From Deltaproteobacteria bacterium (lineage in GTDB: Bacteria > Desulfobacterota > Desulfobacteria > Desulfobacterales > B30-G6): a DNA stretch of 64,000 nt. A model generated the notes under the pieces. That model was given only the letters and a program-made list of their open reading frames with translations, had not been told where the DNA came from and ran no database searches. Position numbers and translations under genes: made by a program. The stretch spans positions 10,134-74,133 of the forward strand of contig JAJDNW010000085.1 in assembly GCA_022340465.1 (NCBI GenBank), given 5' to 3'. This document shows, one piece after another, positions 45,778 to 56,258 of the stretch (within the stretch, counting starts at the first letter, position 1; every line of letters begins with the position of its first letter).

Positions 45778-46938
45778 CTACAGGGCCGCGATCACCGCCG
45801 CGGCATGCAGGCGCGCGGCCCGGTCGACAGCCATTATCGCTTCCAGAGAAGGGCTGCCGCCCTCACCCAGCCGTGCCATGGTTTCCCGGATGACGCCGGA
45901 TATCCCGGTAAACGGCAACCCGCCCTCCAGAAACGCCGCCACCGCGATCTCATTGGCGGCATTCATCGCCGCCGGAACGGTGCCGCCCATCCGGCACGCC
46001 TCCATGGCCAGCGCCAGGCAGGGAAATGTTTTCAGATCGGGTTCGGCAAACGTGAAGCCGCCGATTGCGCTGAAATCAGGCAGGGGCTGCCCCAGCGGCA
46101 GTCGCTCCGGGTGGGACAGGGCCAGGGCGATGGCGCTTTTCATGTCCGGAACACCGAGTTGGGCCATGATGGAACCATCCCTGTACGCCACCATGGAGTG
46201 GATGATGCTTTGCGGGTGAACCACGACGTCGATCATGGAGAGGTCGACCCCGAACAGGTGTTTGGCCTCGATCACCTCCAGGCCCTTGTTCATCAGGGTG
46301 GCCGAATCGATGGTAATCTTGCTGCCCATCTGCCAGTTGGGGTGTTTCAGGGCATCGGAAGGCTGAATGGTGTCGAAGGTGCGCGGATCCCTTTTGAAGA
46401 AGGGACCGCCGGAAGCCGTTATGATCAGGCGTTTCAGGTCCTCCCGCCGGTTTCCCTGCAGGCACTGGAAGATCGCGCTGTGTTCGCTGTCCACCGGCAG
46501 AATGTCCACCCCGTGGTCCGCAGCCATCTTCATCACCAGCTCGCCGGCCATGACCAGTGTTTCCTTGTTGGCCAGCGCTATGGTCTTGCCCGCCCGGATG
46601 GCCGCCACCGTGGGCTTCAGCCCGGCCGCGCCGACCATGGCGGTCAGCACGGTATGCACTTCCGGCAGGGTCGCCGCGATCCGATAGCCTTCGTCCCCGT
46701 AATGAATGCCGACCGCCGTGTCTTCCGGAAGCATGTCCTCAAGCCGCTGTGCGCCCTCCTCGTCGTAAACCACCGCCACCGCCGGTGAAAACTTTTTGAT
46801 CTGCTCGGCCAGCAGGGCAATGTTGCTCTTGGCGGTCAGGGCTTTCACCTGAAATCGGTCCGGAAATCCAGCGACGACGTCAAGGGCGTTGGTGCCGATG
46901 GACCCGGTCGATCCCAGTATGCTGATATTTTTCATCAT
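45778..46938 (-). CDS. dxr: 1-deoxy-D-xylulose 5-phosphate reductoisomerase
   Basis: ILGSTGSIGTNALDV, LANKE, PVDSEHSAIFQCL, ITIDSATLMNKGLEVIEA. Confidence 0.96.
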   Translation of the reverse strand: MMKNISILGSTGSIGTNALDVVAGFPDRFQVKALTAKSNIALLAEQIKKFSPAVAVVYDEEGAQRLEDMLPEDTAVGIHYGDEGYRIAATLPEVHTVLTAMVGAAGLKPTVAAIRAGKTIALANKETLVMAGELVMKMAADHGVDILPVDSEHSAIFQCLQGNRREDLKRLIITASGGPFFKRDPRTFDTIQPSDALKHPNWQMGSKITIDSATLMNKGLEVIEAKHLFGVDLSMIDVVVHPQSIIHSMVAYRDGSIMAQLGVPDMKSAIALALSHPERLPLGQPLPDFSAIGGFTFAEPDLKTFPCLALAMEACRMGGTVPAAMNAANEIAVAAFLEGGLPFTGISGVIRETMARLGEGGSPSLEAIMAVDRAARLHAAAVIAAL

Positions 46939-46965
46939 TTAACAACCACCAGGAAAATGCTCGGC

Positions 46966-47778
46966 TTAGAAAAGGTGCACCTTGAACAGGTACGCCACGG
47001 GGGCCGCAAACATGAGCGCATCGGTACGGTCGAGGATCCCTCCGTGTCCCGGCAGGATGCCCCCAGAGTCCTTAATGTTGGCCCCTCTTTTCAACCCGGA
47101 TTCGAAAAAGTCGCCGATCTGTCCGGCGACCCCCAGCGACAGGCAAAATACCAGGCTGGTCCACCAGGACAGCTCCGGCAGGAAGATAGCCTTGAACAGA
47201 GCCCCGCAAAACAGATTGGCGCCGAGCCCCCCCAGAGAACCTTCGATCGTTTTCTTGGGACTCAACGCCGGATAGATCTTGTGCTTCCCGAAATAGGTGC
47301 CCACGTAAAGGGCGCTGATATCCCCGGCAAACACGATCACCAGGACGAAAAAGATCCATACGGCGCCCCCAGGCGCAACGCCGTCGCGAATCAGAACCAG
47401 GTAGGAAAACAGCAAGGGGACATACAGCGCCCCCAACAGCAGTTTGCGGGTGGTATCGATTATCTGCGGGTCGTTCCCAAAAAGCAGAACCGACGCGACG
47501 CCCGTTATACAGAAGCAGATGACGACGCTGTTGAGGATGCTTTCCGCGGACAGCTGGTGGGCGCCCCCCACGATCAAGGGGACATACAGGTACGCCACTA
47601 CTTTCATGACCAGGGCGGCTGTACCCCCTCTAGCCGTCTGAGAGATGCGCAGGTACTCCCACATGGCGATCAGGGACGCCAGTCCGACAAACAGGGTGAA
47701 AAAAAGCCCGCCTTTTACGATGATATAGATGAGCAGAGGCAGGGCGCTCAGCCCGGTAATCCAGCGTTTCAGATGCAT
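46966..47778 (-). CDS. cdsA: Phosphatidate cytidylyltransferase
   Basis: Multi-TM protein with the CTP-transferase signature SGLKRGANIKDSGGILPGHGGILDRTD. Confidence 0.92.
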   Translation of the reverse strand: MHLKRWITGLSALPLLIYIIVKGGLFFTLFVGLASLIAMWEYLRISQTARGGTAALVMKVVAYLYVPLIVGGAHQLSAESILNSVVICFCITGVASVLLFGNDPQIIDTTRKLLLGALYVPLLFSYLVLIRDGVAPGGAVWIFFVLVIVFAGDISALYVGTYFGKHKIYPALSPKKTIEGSLGGLGANLFCGALFKAIFLPELSWWTSLVFCLSLGVAGQIGDFFESGLKRGANIKDSGGILPGHGGILDRTDALMFAAPVAYLFKVHLF

Positions 47779-47965
47779 GTTTTTTTCCTAAGCCGATTTT
47801 TCCAGAAAAAAGCGGTGCGGGCAGTCAAGGGGAGTATAAAGGGAAGACAGGGCCCGTGTAAACAAATAAATTGACGCGGGCTTCGATGGCGTGACAGGGC
47901 CTGGTTCAACCGCCTGGCGCAAATCGGCCCCCTCCGGCGGGGCCTGGTCGAGTGACACAGAGACG

Positions 47966-48007
47966 AGCTCATAGCTCATGGCACGCTATCGGCTGTCAGC
48001 TATGAGC
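47966..48007. repeat. GCTCATAGCTGACAG palindromic element, copy C (left arm truncated)
   Basis: The left arm is only GCTCATAGCT (47966-47975). The right arm CTGTCAGCTATGAGC (47993-48007) is intact and followed by TTTTTCCCCTGGA, as in copy B. Confidence 0.75.
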
Positions 48008-48107
48008 CATGAACTTTTTCCCCTGGAATCCTTATAGACAACCATTTAAGGCGGCTTTCAGGCAGAGATGAATGCACACCGTACGCGTCCCTCGGAAGCG
48101 TCGTCTT

Positions 48108-48857
48108 TCAGGCGTCCACCTTGCCGTAACGGCGCTCGCGGCCCTGGTAATCCTTGAGAATGCGAACATATTCTTCCCGGCTGAAATCCGGCCACAGCGT
48201 GTCGCTGATGTACAGTTCCGCATAGGCAATCTGCCACAGCAGGAAATTACTGATCCGCTTTTCTCCGCTGGTTCTGATCAAAAGGTCCGGATCGGGGATG
48301 CCCCGGGTGTACAGGTGGGATGAAACCATGGCTTCATCGATGGCGGCGGGCGGGAGTTTTCCATCGGCGGCGGCCGAGGCCAACATGCGCGCCATGCGGA
48401 CAAGCTCCGACCTGGCACCGTAGCTCAGGGCCAGGTTCAGCAACAGGCCCGTGTTGCCTTCCGTCGCCCGCATGGTGTCGAGCAGAAGCTTCCGAACAGC
48501 GGCCGGCAAACGGTCGATCTCCCCGATGGCGTTCAGCCGGACGTTGTTTTCAAGCATCTCCGCCTGCTCCGATTTGAGAAAACGCTTTAAAAGGGTCATC
48601 AGAGCGTTGATTTCGGCGGCGGGGCGCTGCCAGTTTTCGGTCGAAAATGCGTAGAGGGTCAGCACCGGGATTCCCAGTTCGCGACTGGCACGTACGACCA
48701 TGCGAACGGTGTCGGCGCCCTTTTCATGGCCCCTTACCCGGTTCAGCATGCGCTTCTTGGCCCAGCGTCCGTTGCCGTCCATGATGATGGCGACGTGGGA
48801 CGGCATTGCGGCGGTATCGAGTCCGGCCCGGGCAGCCGGGTCTGCGCTAGAATTCAA
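48108..48857 (-). CDS. uppS: Undecaprenyl diphosphate synthase (isoprenyl transferase)
   Basis: [40 protein letters not shown]. Confidence 0.95.
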   Translation of the reverse strand: MNSSADPAARAGLDTAAMPSHVAIIMDGNGRWAKKRMLNRVRGHEKGADTVRMVVRASRELGIPVLTLYAFSTENWQRPAAEINALMTLLKRFLKSEQAEMLENNVRLNAIGEIDRLPAAVRKLLLDTMRATEGNTGLLLNLALSYGARSELVRMARMLASAAADGKLPPAAIDEAMVSSHLYTRGIPDPDLLIRTSGEKRISNFLLWQIAYAELYISDTLWPDFSREEYVRILKDYQGRERRYGKVDA

Positions 48858-49404
48858 GGATCTCTTTCTCTTTTTCCTTGTAGATGTCGTCGATCTTTTC
48901 TATGCACCCGTCGGTAATCTTCTGAACGTCGTCCTGGGCCTTGAAGGCGTCGTCTTCGGAGATGTCCCCGTCTTTCTTCATGGCCTTTAACAGTTCATTG
49001 GAATCCCGCCGGATGTTGCGGGCCGCGACCTTATGCTCCTCGCACATTTTGTGGACCACCTTGACCAGTTCCTTGCGGCGTTCTTCCGTCAGCGGTGGAA
49101 TGGCGAGGCGGATGATTTTTCCGTCGTTGGAGGGCGTCAACCCGAGGTCCGATTTCAAGACCGCTTTTTCGATCTCCTTCAGCACGGAAGCGTCCCACGG
49201 CTGAATGGTAATCAGGCGGCTCTCCGGAACGGCCAGTGTCGCCATCTGGTTCAAGGGTGTCATGGTCCCATAGTAATCCACCCGGATACCGTCAAGAAGC
49301 GACAGGGAGGCCCGTCCCGTCCTGATCCGCTTCAATTCGTTCTTAAGGGCGGTAATCGTTTTACTCATGCGTTCTCTGGTATCTTCGTGAACTTCTGCTA
49401 TCAT
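48847..49404 (-). CDS. frr: Ribosome recycling factor
   Basis: 185 aa; [34 protein letters not shown]. Confidence 0.96.
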   Translation of the reverse strand: MIAEVHEDTRERMSKTITALKNELKRIRTGRASLSLLDGIRVDYYGTMTPLNQMATLAVPESRLITIQPWDASVLKEIEKAVLKSDLGLTPSNDGKIIRLAIPPLTEERRKELVKVVHKMCEEHKVAARNIRRDSNELLKAMKKDGDISEDDAFKAQDDVQKITDGCIEKIDDIYKEKEKEILEF

Positions 49405-49422
49405 GTTCCGTCACCCCTTAAA

Positions 49423-50136
49423 TCAATGAATGAGTGTACCGATATCCTCTCCGCAACTGACCCTTTTGATGTTGCCCTTTTCTTTCAGGCTGAAAACGAC
49501 CAGGGGAAGCCTGTTGTCCATGGCGAGCGATATGGCCGTCATGTCCATCACCTTCAGCTGTTTTTCCAGTACCTCCATGTAGTTGATCTCTTTGTAAACG
49601 CTGGCCGACGGGTTCGTTTCGGGATCCGCATCGTAGAGGCCGTTCACTTTCGTAGCCTTGAAAAGGATCTCGGCATGTATCTCCTGGGCCCGTAAAACCG
49701 CTGCCGTGTCCGTTGTGAAATAGGGATTTCCGGTACCGGCCGCGAAAATGACGACCCGCCCCCGCTCGAGGTGCCTTGCCGCACGCCTGCGGATGTAGGG
49801 TTCGGCCACTTCATGCATCGAGATTGCCGTTTGGACCCGGGTCTGGATATCGTTTTTCTCCAGTGCGTCCTGCAACGCCAGGCTGTTCATGATCGTGGCC
49901 AGCATGCCCATGTGGTCCGCCGATGTTCTTTCCATGCCGAAAGAGCTCGCCGCCACGCCGCGAAAGATGTTTCCCCCGCCCACGACGATCGCGATTTCCA
50001 TGCCGAGATCGCAGATGGAACGAACTTCCGCGGCAACGTATTCCAACATTCCCGGACTGATGCCGAAATCCTGATCGCCCATCAGGGCCTCGCCGCTCAA
50101 TTTCAGCAGTATTCTCTTGTAGCGGGGCTTCGCCAA
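49423..50136 (-). CDS. pyrH: UMP kinase
   Basis: [39 protein letters not shown]. Confidence 0.96.
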   Translation of the reverse strand: MAKPRYKRILLKLSGEALMGDQDFGISPGMLEYVAAEVRSICDLGMEIAIVVGGGNIFRGVAASSFGMERTSADHMGMLATIMNSLALQDALEKNDIQTRVQTAISMHEVAEPYIRRRAARHLERGRVVIFAAGTGNPYFTTDTAAVLRAQEIHAEILFKATKVNGLYDADPETNPSASVYKEINYMEVLEKQLKVMDMTAISLAMDNRLPLVVFSLKEKGNIKRVSCGEDIGTLIH

Positions 50137-50138
50137 TA

Positions 50139-50738
50139 TTATGACTCTCCGATCTGGAAGCGTGCAAAGCGTTTGATGGTGATCTTCTCCCCTGTTTTCG
50201 CGATAACGTCGTTCAAATAATCGGTAATCGTCATGTTGGGGTCTTTGACGTAGGCCTGGTGCATCAGGCAGTTCTCCTTGAAGAACTTGTTCAGTTTACC
50301 CTCGGCGATTTTGTCGACCATTTTTTCGGGCTTTCCCATCTCAAGGGCCTGGGCGCGGTAAATTTCCTTTTCCTTGTCGACAACGTCCTGAGATACGTCT
50401 TCCTCCACGATGCCCGCCGGATTGGAAGCGGCGATGTGCATGGCGATGTTTTTGACGAAGTCCAGAAAATCATCGGTTTTGGCAACGAAATCGGTTTCGC
50501 AGTTCACTTCCACCAGCACGCCGATCTTCCCACCCATGTGGATGTAGGATTGAACGGCGCCTTCCATGGTGGCCCGGCCGGCCCTTTTCTTGGCCGTGGC
50601 CAGCCCTTTTTTCCGCAAAAAATCGACCGCTTTATCGATATCACCCTCGCACTCGGCCAAGGCCTGTTTACAATCCATGATTCCCGCCCCGGATTTCTCC
50701 CGGAGCTGCTTGACCATCCCTGCACTTATTGTCGTCAT
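50139..50738 (-). CDS. tsf: Elongation factor Ts
   Basis: [35 protein letters not shown] (UBA-like N-domain). Confidence 0.96.
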   Translation of the reverse strand: MTTISAGMVKQLREKSGAGIMDCKQALAECEGDIDKAVDFLRKKGLATAKKRAGRATMEGAVQSYIHMGGKIGVLVEVNCETDFVAKTDDFLDFVKNIAMHIAASNPAGIVEEDVSQDVVDKEKEIYRAQALEMGKPEKMVDKIAEGKLNKFFKENCLMHQAYVKDPNMTITDYLNDVIAKTGEKITIKRFARFQIGES

Positions 50739-50741
50739 TTT

Positions 50742-51653
50742 CTATTCTCCTGTATCTTCGGCGGCCGGTGCCTCTGTGTCGGCGCCCGTCGCTTCCTGGC
50801 TTTCGTCTCCGGTTTCCGGCTTGGCACCCTTGCGGATGATCTCGACCACCGGCCCGTCGGTACCGTCGGAAATGACCTTTCTTTCGCCCGGCTTCAAATC
50901 GGCGGAGGCCGCTTCGAGTTCAGACTCCCCCTCGACCTCCTTGTCGGCCTTGGCCTGCTGTCTCTCTTTGTAAAGCTCGCGGCCTTCGATACATGCGTCC
51001 GCTATGCGTGACGTGATCAGCCTGATGGCACGGATAGCGTCATCGTTTCCGGGGATGATGTGATCGATGTTGTCGGGGTCGCAGTTGGTATCCACGATGG
51101 CGACGATAGGTATGTTCAACCGCCGGCCCTCGCGAACGGCAATGGCTTCGTTCTTGGGATCCACCACAAAAATGACCCCCGGCAGTTTTGTCATTTCACG
51201 GATGCCGCCAAGCGTGTTGTCCAGTTTGACGCGCTCTTTTCCCAGTTTCAGGCGTTCCTTTTTCGGAAACATCTCGATCGAACCGTCATTTTCGATGGTA
51301 TTCAAGTAATTGAGACGATCGATGCTCTGTTTGATCGTCTTGAAATTGGTCAGCATCCCGCCCAGCCACCGGTTGTGGACGTAAAACATCTCGCAGCGGT
51401 TGGCTTCTTCGTAGATGGATTCGCGGGCCTGCTTCTTGGTTCCCACGAACAGAACGGACTTGCCGCCGGCCACCGTTTCCCTGACGAAGTCGTATACGGA
51501 CCGGAACATGCGGACGGTTTTCTGCAGGTCGATGATGTAGATGCCGTTTCTGGCTCCAAAGATATAGGGTTTCATCTTCGGATTCCATCGTTTGGTCTGA
51601 TGCCCGAAGTGAACACCGGCCTCCAGAAGCTCTTTCATTGTAATGTACGCCAT
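50742..51653 (-). CDS. rpsB: 30S ribosomal protein S2 (with ~70-aa acidic C-terminal tail)
   Basis: Start moved to the ATG 51653 ([27 protein letters not shown]), preceded by AAGGAG. The tail is rich in E/D/A/T. Confidence 0.95.
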   Translation of the reverse strand: MAYITMKELLEAGVHFGHQTKRWNPKMKPYIFGARNGIYIIDLQKTVRMFRSVYDFVRETVAGGKSVLFVGTKKQARESIYEEANRCEMFYVHNRWLGGMLTNFKTIKQSIDRLNYLNTIENDGSIEMFPKKERLKLGKERVKLDNTLGGIREMTKLPGVIFVVDPKNEAIAVREGRRLNIPIVAIVDTNCDPDNIDHIIPGNDDAIRAIRLITSRIADACIEGRELYKERQQAKADKEVEGESELEAASADLKPGERKVISDGTDGPVVEIIRKGAKPETGDESQEATGADTEAPAAEDTGE

Positions 51654-51823
51654 TTTTTTCTCCTTTACTGCTGGTTTTTCCTGCGCCCCCATCATCCCCG
51701 CAGGCGACTTTCCAAGTGTCTTCAACCCATTGAAAAGCACCGGCCTCCGGGTCCAGGAGCGGGTGTGATTAAAACGTTGATACGTAACAAATTATTTTTG
51801 GGCATGCAAGGTATTTTTTGAAT

Positions 51824-51936
51824 AAGGCGCAGGGCGTCGGGTACCCGCTCCCACCCCTTGCGCCCCGCGCCTCACGTCTCATCTTTCACGTCTCACGGCA
51901 ACCCCTTGCACCTTGCGCCCTACGCCCCGCGCCTCA
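51824..51936. repeat. Composite word module (GCGCCTTACGCC-words + CGTGA-words)
   Basis: AAGGCGCAGGGCGTCGGGTAC | CCGCTCCCACCCCTTGCGCCCCGCGCCTCACGTCTCATCTTTCACGTCTCACGGCAACCCCTTGCACCTTGCGCCCTACGCCCCGCGCCTCA. Its right edge encodes the last codons of prmC. Confidence 0.6.
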
Positions 51937-52816
51937 ATTTAACCACGCGTGCGATCCCGCTGTAGTCCTTGGCGAACGCTGTTTGGTCATAGCGGCCGGA
52001 CAGCCGGGCCATCGCCTCGACGTCGGGCTCCTGTCCGTACCCTATTTCCAGCAACAGGTGCCCCCCCTCCCGCAGACAGTCGGGCGCGGTTTCGATGAGC
52101 CGCCGCAGGCTTCCGAGTCCGTCTTCTTCGCCGTTCAGGGCCTGCCGCGGTTCATAGCGATGGATTTCGGGCTGCAGGCCGTCGATGTCGGAGCGACGGA
52201 TGTAGGGGGGATTCGACAGGACGAGGTCGAACCCTTCTCCAGCACATGTTACGGGCGCCAGCCAGTCGCCTGCAAAGAACAGGATCGCCTCCTTTCCGTG
52301 GGAGGCGCTGTTGGCGCGGGCCACGGAAAGGGCCGCGCTGGAAATGTCCGAGGCGAAATAGCGGTGCCCCGGCCGTTCCCCCGCCAGGGAGATGATCACG
52401 GCCCCCGAACCCGTGCCCAATTCCAGGATACGACCGGGTCGGCCGGCATCCCAGGCGTCCACGACCGCCACGGCGGTTTCCACCAGACACTCGGTTTCGG
52501 GCCTGGGGATCAGCACGTCCCGGTTGACGTGAAAATCGAGGGACCAGAACTCCCTGCTCCCGGTGATGTAGGCCACCGGCTCCCGCGCCAGGCGCCTTTT
52601 TATGAGGGTTTTGAACGCCCTCAATTCGTCTGCGTTCATGGGGCGGTCGTATTGCAGATAAAGATCGAGCCGCTGCAATCCGAGTGCATGCGCCAGCAGC
52701 ACCTCGGCCGTGGAGCGCGGGTTGTCTATGGCTTGGGTTTTAAAGTAACCGGTCGTCCACTCGAGAAGCTTGAGAATGGTCCAGGGGCCTTCACTGGATG
52801 GTTGCGGCGCTTTCAT
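51920..52816 (-). CDS. prmC: Release-factor glutamine N5-methyltransferase PrmC/HemK
   Basis: SAM motif [11 protein letters not shown] and NPPY (VLSNPPYI); overlaps the prfA stop. Confidence 0.9.
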   Translation of the reverse strand: MKAPQPSSEGPWTILKLLEWTTGYFKTQAIDNPRSTAEVLLAHALGLQRLDLYLQYDRPMNADELRAFKTLIKRRLAREPVAYITGSREFWSLDFHVNRDVLIPRPETECLVETAVAVVDAWDAGRPGRILELGTGSGAVIISLAGERPGHRYFASDISSAALSVARANSASHGKEAILFFAGDWLAPVTCAGEGFDLVLSNPPYIRRSDIDGLQPEIHRYEPRQALNGEEDGLGSLRRLIETAPDCLREGGHLLLEIGYGQEPDVEAMARLSGRYDQTAFAKDYSGIARVVKLRRGA

Positions 52817-53870
52817 GCTTCAGTGTCTGTGCCTGGTAGAAGGTAGTCAGCTCGTCGACGATTTCGTTGATGTCGCCCTGCAGGATGCTTTCCAGTTTGT
52901 AAAGCGTGAGCCCTATCCTGTGGTCGGTCACCCGCCCCTGCTGATAGTTGTAGGTTCGGATGCGTTCGCTCCTGTCGCCGGATCCCACCTGGCATTTGCG
53001 CTGCTCGGAGCGTTCCTCGTTCTGTTCCCTGACCATGGTGTCGAAAAGACGCGAACGCAGCACCTTCAGAGCCTTGGCCTTATTCTTGTGCTGGGATTTT
53101 TCATCCTGGCAGGTGACCACGACACCGGTCGGCAGATGGGTGATGCGCACGGCCGAATCGGTCGTGTTGACGGACTGTCCGCCCGGACCCTGGGAGCGGT
53201 AGACGTCCACCTTGATGTCGCTGGGGTCGATCTTAACCTCCACCTCCTCGGCCTCGGGCAGTACCGCCACGGTAACGGCGGAGGTATGCACCCTCCCCTG
53301 GGCTTCCGTCGCCGGCACGCGCTGAACCCGGTGGGTGCCGCTTTCGTATTTCAGCCGGCTGTAGGCCCCCCGGCCATGGACCATGGCGATCACTTCTTTG
53401 AAGCCGCCCACGCCGGTGGGATTGTGGCTCATGATCTCGACCTTCCACCCCATGGTCTCCGCAAACCGGTTGTACATCTTGAAAAGGTCGGCCGCGAACA
53501 GGCCTGCCTCCTCTCCCCCGGTGCCGGCCCGGATTTCGATGATGACGTTTTTCTCATCCAGCGGATCCTTGGGGATCAGCAGTTTTTTCAGCTCCTTTTC
53601 CAGCGCCTCCTTTTCCACGGTCAACCGCTCGATCTCGTCCCTTGCCATGGCGTGAATCTCCGGGTCGTCATCTTTCAAGAGTTCGACGCTGCCGTCGATT
53701 TCCACCCCGATTTTTTTATATTTCCTGAATGCGTTGACGATCTTGCCGAGTTCGGCGTGCTCGCGGACGTACTTCTGGTAGGCCTCCAGATCCTGGACGA
53801 CTTTCGGATCGCTCAGCTGCTTTTCGATCTCGAGAAAACGGTTTTCAACACCAATCAGTTTATTGAACAT
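52791..53870 (-). CDS. prfA: Peptide chain release factor 1
   Basis: RF1-specific PAT (RVPATE) and GGQ ([24 protein letters not shown]). Confidence 0.96.
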   Translation of the reverse strand: MFNKLIGVENRFLEIEKQLSDPKVVQDLEAYQKYVREHAELGKIVNAFRKYKKIGVEIDGSVELLKDDDPEIHAMARDEIERLTVEKEALEKELKKLLIPKDPLDEKNVIIEIRAGTGGEEAGLFAADLFKMYNRFAETMGWKVEIMSHNPTGVGGFKEVIAMVHGRGAYSRLKYESGTHRVQRVPATEAQGRVHTSAVTVAVLPEAEEVEVKIDPSDIKVDVYRSQGPGGQSVNTTDSAVRITHLPTGVVVTCQDEKSQHKNKAKALKVLRSRLFDTMVREQNEERSEQRKCQVGSGDRSERIRTYNYQQGRVTDHRIGLTLYKLESILQGDINEIVDELTTFYQAQTLKHESAATIQ

Positions 53871-53890
53871 GGGCGCATACTCCGAAAGAC

Positions 53891-53916
53891 AAAAACACGA
53901 AACGGGCGGTTTCGTG
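53891..53916 (-). terminator. Intrinsic terminator-like hairpin 20 nt upstream of the prfA start codon
   Basis: Minus strand: CACGAAAC CGCCC GTTTCGTG followed by UUUUUGUCUUU. The GGAG ribosome-binding site and the prfA ATG follow immediately. Confidence 0.55.
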
Positions 53917-54139
53917 CTTTTCGGTCCTTCCGTGCGTTGCCGCGGCGAAAACCGGATACAGTCGGCCTCGGACTGCGTGCGGTCGTGTATGTCAGTACCA
54001 CCTGCTTCGAACGCTTGTCGACTAAGGTGTCAGATAGCCCTCACCTCCCGGCCTGCTCTGTGCCTCCCGCGGGACGGCATGCAAAACGCCGGGGTCGTTG
54101 GGAAGAGGCTTTTTCGTATCGGCCGGAAACGGTTCCGGA

Positions 54140-54352
54140 TCAGGACTTTTTCTGAAACTTCTCGTATTTTTTACGGAATCTCTCGATGCGTCCCGCCGTG
54201 TCCACTAGTTTCTGCTTTCCGGTGAAGAACGGGTGGCACTTGGAGCATATTTCAACGCTGATATCTTTTCTGGTGGAACCCACTTCCACTGTGTTGCCGC
54301 AGGCGCACTTTATGGTTGTATCGGCGTATTCCGGATGAATATCTGGTTTCAT
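54140..54352 (-). CDS. rpmE: 50S ribosomal protein L31
   Basis: Start at the ATG 54352: [26 protein letters not shown] (zinc-ribbon type A). Confidence 0.95.
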   Translation of the reverse strand: MKPDIHPEYADTTIKCACGNTVEVGSTRKDISVEICSKCHPFFTGKQKLVDTAGRIERFRKKYEKFQKKS

Positions 54353-54425
54353 GTCTACTATAACCCCCTGCAATAATATAAATTAATGATTCCGGTCCGA
54401 AGCCCGGCAGCGCAAAAGCGCTTTG

Positions 54426-55673
54426 TCAGGCATTCATTGAATCCAGAAAATGTTTATTATCCTCTGTTCCCGTCATTTTATCAAGCAAAAACTCGAGGCT
54501 GTCAATGGGATTTAACGACGACAGCAGTTTTCTCAAAATCCACACCCGGTTCAGGGTGGCTTCGTCGAGCAGCAGTTCTTCCTTGCGCGTACCCGATTTG
54601 TTGATGTCGATGGCCGGGAAGAGGCGCTTGTCTGCGAGCCTTCTATCCAGCTGTATTTCCATGTTGCCGGTACCCTTGAACTCTTCGAAAATGACCTCGT
54701 CCATGCGGCTTCCGGTGTCCACCAGCGCCGTGGCGATGATGGTCAGGCTGCCGCCGTCCTCGATATTCCGCGCCGCCCCGAAAAACCGTTTGGGGCGCTG
54801 CAGCGCGTTGGAGTCCACACCGCCGGACAGGATCTTGCCACTGGGCGGCATCACCGAGTTGTAGGCCCGGGCGAGCCGGGTGATGCTGTCCAGCAGGATG
54901 ATGACATTTTTCTTGTGCTCGACCAGCCGTTTGGCTTTTTCGATAACCATCTCCGCCACCTGAACATGGCGTTCCGCCGGTTCGTCGAAGGTGGAGCTGA
55001 TCACCTCTCCCCTGACCGAACGCTCCATATCCGTCACTTCCTCGGGCCGCTCGTCGATCAGGAGGACAAAAAGCTCGATGTCCTTGTGGTTGGCCACAAT
55101 GCTGTTGGCGATGAACTGAAGCAGCATGGTTTTACCGGTTCTCGGGGGCGAAACGATCAGCCCCCTCTGGCCGAACCCGATGGGCGTCATCAGGTCCATG
55201 ACGCGGGTCGAATAGTTTTCCGGGTCATTCTCCAAATTGATCTTCTTTTCCGGATACAGGGGCGTCAGGTTGTCGAAGAGGATTTTGTCCCGGGCCACTT
55301 CGGGGTCCTCGTAATTGACGGCTTCCACCTTCAGCAGGGCGAAATAGCGTTCCGATTCTTTGGGCTGGCGAATCTGTCCGGACACGGTGTCCCCGGTTCG
55401 CAGATTGAACCGGCGGATCTGAGAAGGCGACACGTAAATGTCATCCGGTCCCGGAAGGTAATTGTAGTTCGGCGCCCTGAGAAAACCGAATCCGTCCGGC
55501 AGGATCTCCAAAGTCCCTTCACCGAAGATCAAACCGTCTTTTTCGATCTGGGCCTGCAGCAGTGCAAAGATCAGTTCCTGCTTGCGCATGCCCGCGGCAC
55601 CGTCGATGTGAAGCTCTTTGGCCATTTTGGCCAGCTTGCTGATTTTCTGTTCCTTTAGTTCGACAATGTTCAT
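54426..55673 (-). CDS. rho: Transcription termination factor Rho
   Basis: Start at the ATG 55673 ([21 protein letters not shown]). OB-fold RNA-binding domain, Walker A PPRTGKT, 415 aa. A ~580-nt AT-rich leader lies upstream. Confidence 0.96.
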   Translation of the reverse strand: MNIVELKEQKISKLAKMAKELHIDGAAGMRKQELIFALLQAQIEKDGLIFGEGTLEILPDGFGFLRAPNYNYLPGPDDIYVSPSQIRRFNLRTGDTVSGQIRQPKESERYFALLKVEAVNYEDPEVARDKILFDNLTPLYPEKKINLENDPENYSTRVMDLMTPIGFGQRGLIVSPPRTGKTMLLQFIANSIVANHKDIELFVLLIDERPEEVTDMERSVRGEVISSTFDEPAERHVQVAEMVIEKAKRLVEHKKNVIILLDSITRLARAYNSVMPPSGKILSGGVDSNALQRPKRFFGAARNIEDGGSLTIIATALVDTGSRMDEVIFEEFKGTGNMEIQLDRRLADKRLFPAIDINKSGTRKEELLLDEATLNRVWILRKLLSSLNPIDSLEFLLDKMTGTEDNKHFLDSMNA

Positions 55674-56137
55674 CGATTCATAACCCCTTTTCATTGAATT
55701 TCTGTAAAGCCCAACGGCACTGAATTGCTGCACCTCGCCGGCAATCATCCTTACCGCATACCATTCTGTCTGATTTACATCAAAGGATCGTGAGCAGGCC
55801 GTTGTCTGCAGTTTGCATCTAACTCTATATAAAAATATGCGTATCTACGGGTGTTTTATGACCTGCCGGCTGTTTGAGGACTATATGAGTGTCTTTCTTG
55901 ACCTTTTGATTATGCAGAATTCGGGTATTTTCTTACAAGGCGGGTACATGCCTTCACTTGTTCTGTGTATATAAATAATTCATCCTTGCCCCTATGTCAA
56001 GCTTTTTAGCGGGCTTCCACAAAGCGGCAATGGGAGCGGAAGCGCTTCTTGACGGAAACGGCGTAAACAACGTAGGGTATTGGTTACTCAACGCCCACAA
56101 GCCACCGAGTGATATGTAATGGGAAAAAAATAAAACC

Positions 56138-56218
56138 GATCACGAAAGCACGAAAACGGGAAAACACGAAAATTTTCATGGTCCTTTTCCTGCTTTGGAC
56201 TTTCGTGTTTTCGTGATC
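56138..56218. repeat. CACGAAA-family palindromic element
   Basis: GATCACGAAAGCACGAAA (56138-56155) against TTTCGTGTTTTCGTGATC (56201-56218): 17 of 18 complementary, 45-nt spacer. It lies in the rho/cca divergent region. Confidence 0.8.
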
Positions 56219-56258
56219 AAATCCTTATCTTTTCCGGTTTATCCGGGTTAGGTCAAAC

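Noticed and set aside
52770-54155. 461-aa plus-strand ORF
   Set aside because: Antisense shadow of prfA that extends into the rpmE-prfA spacer.
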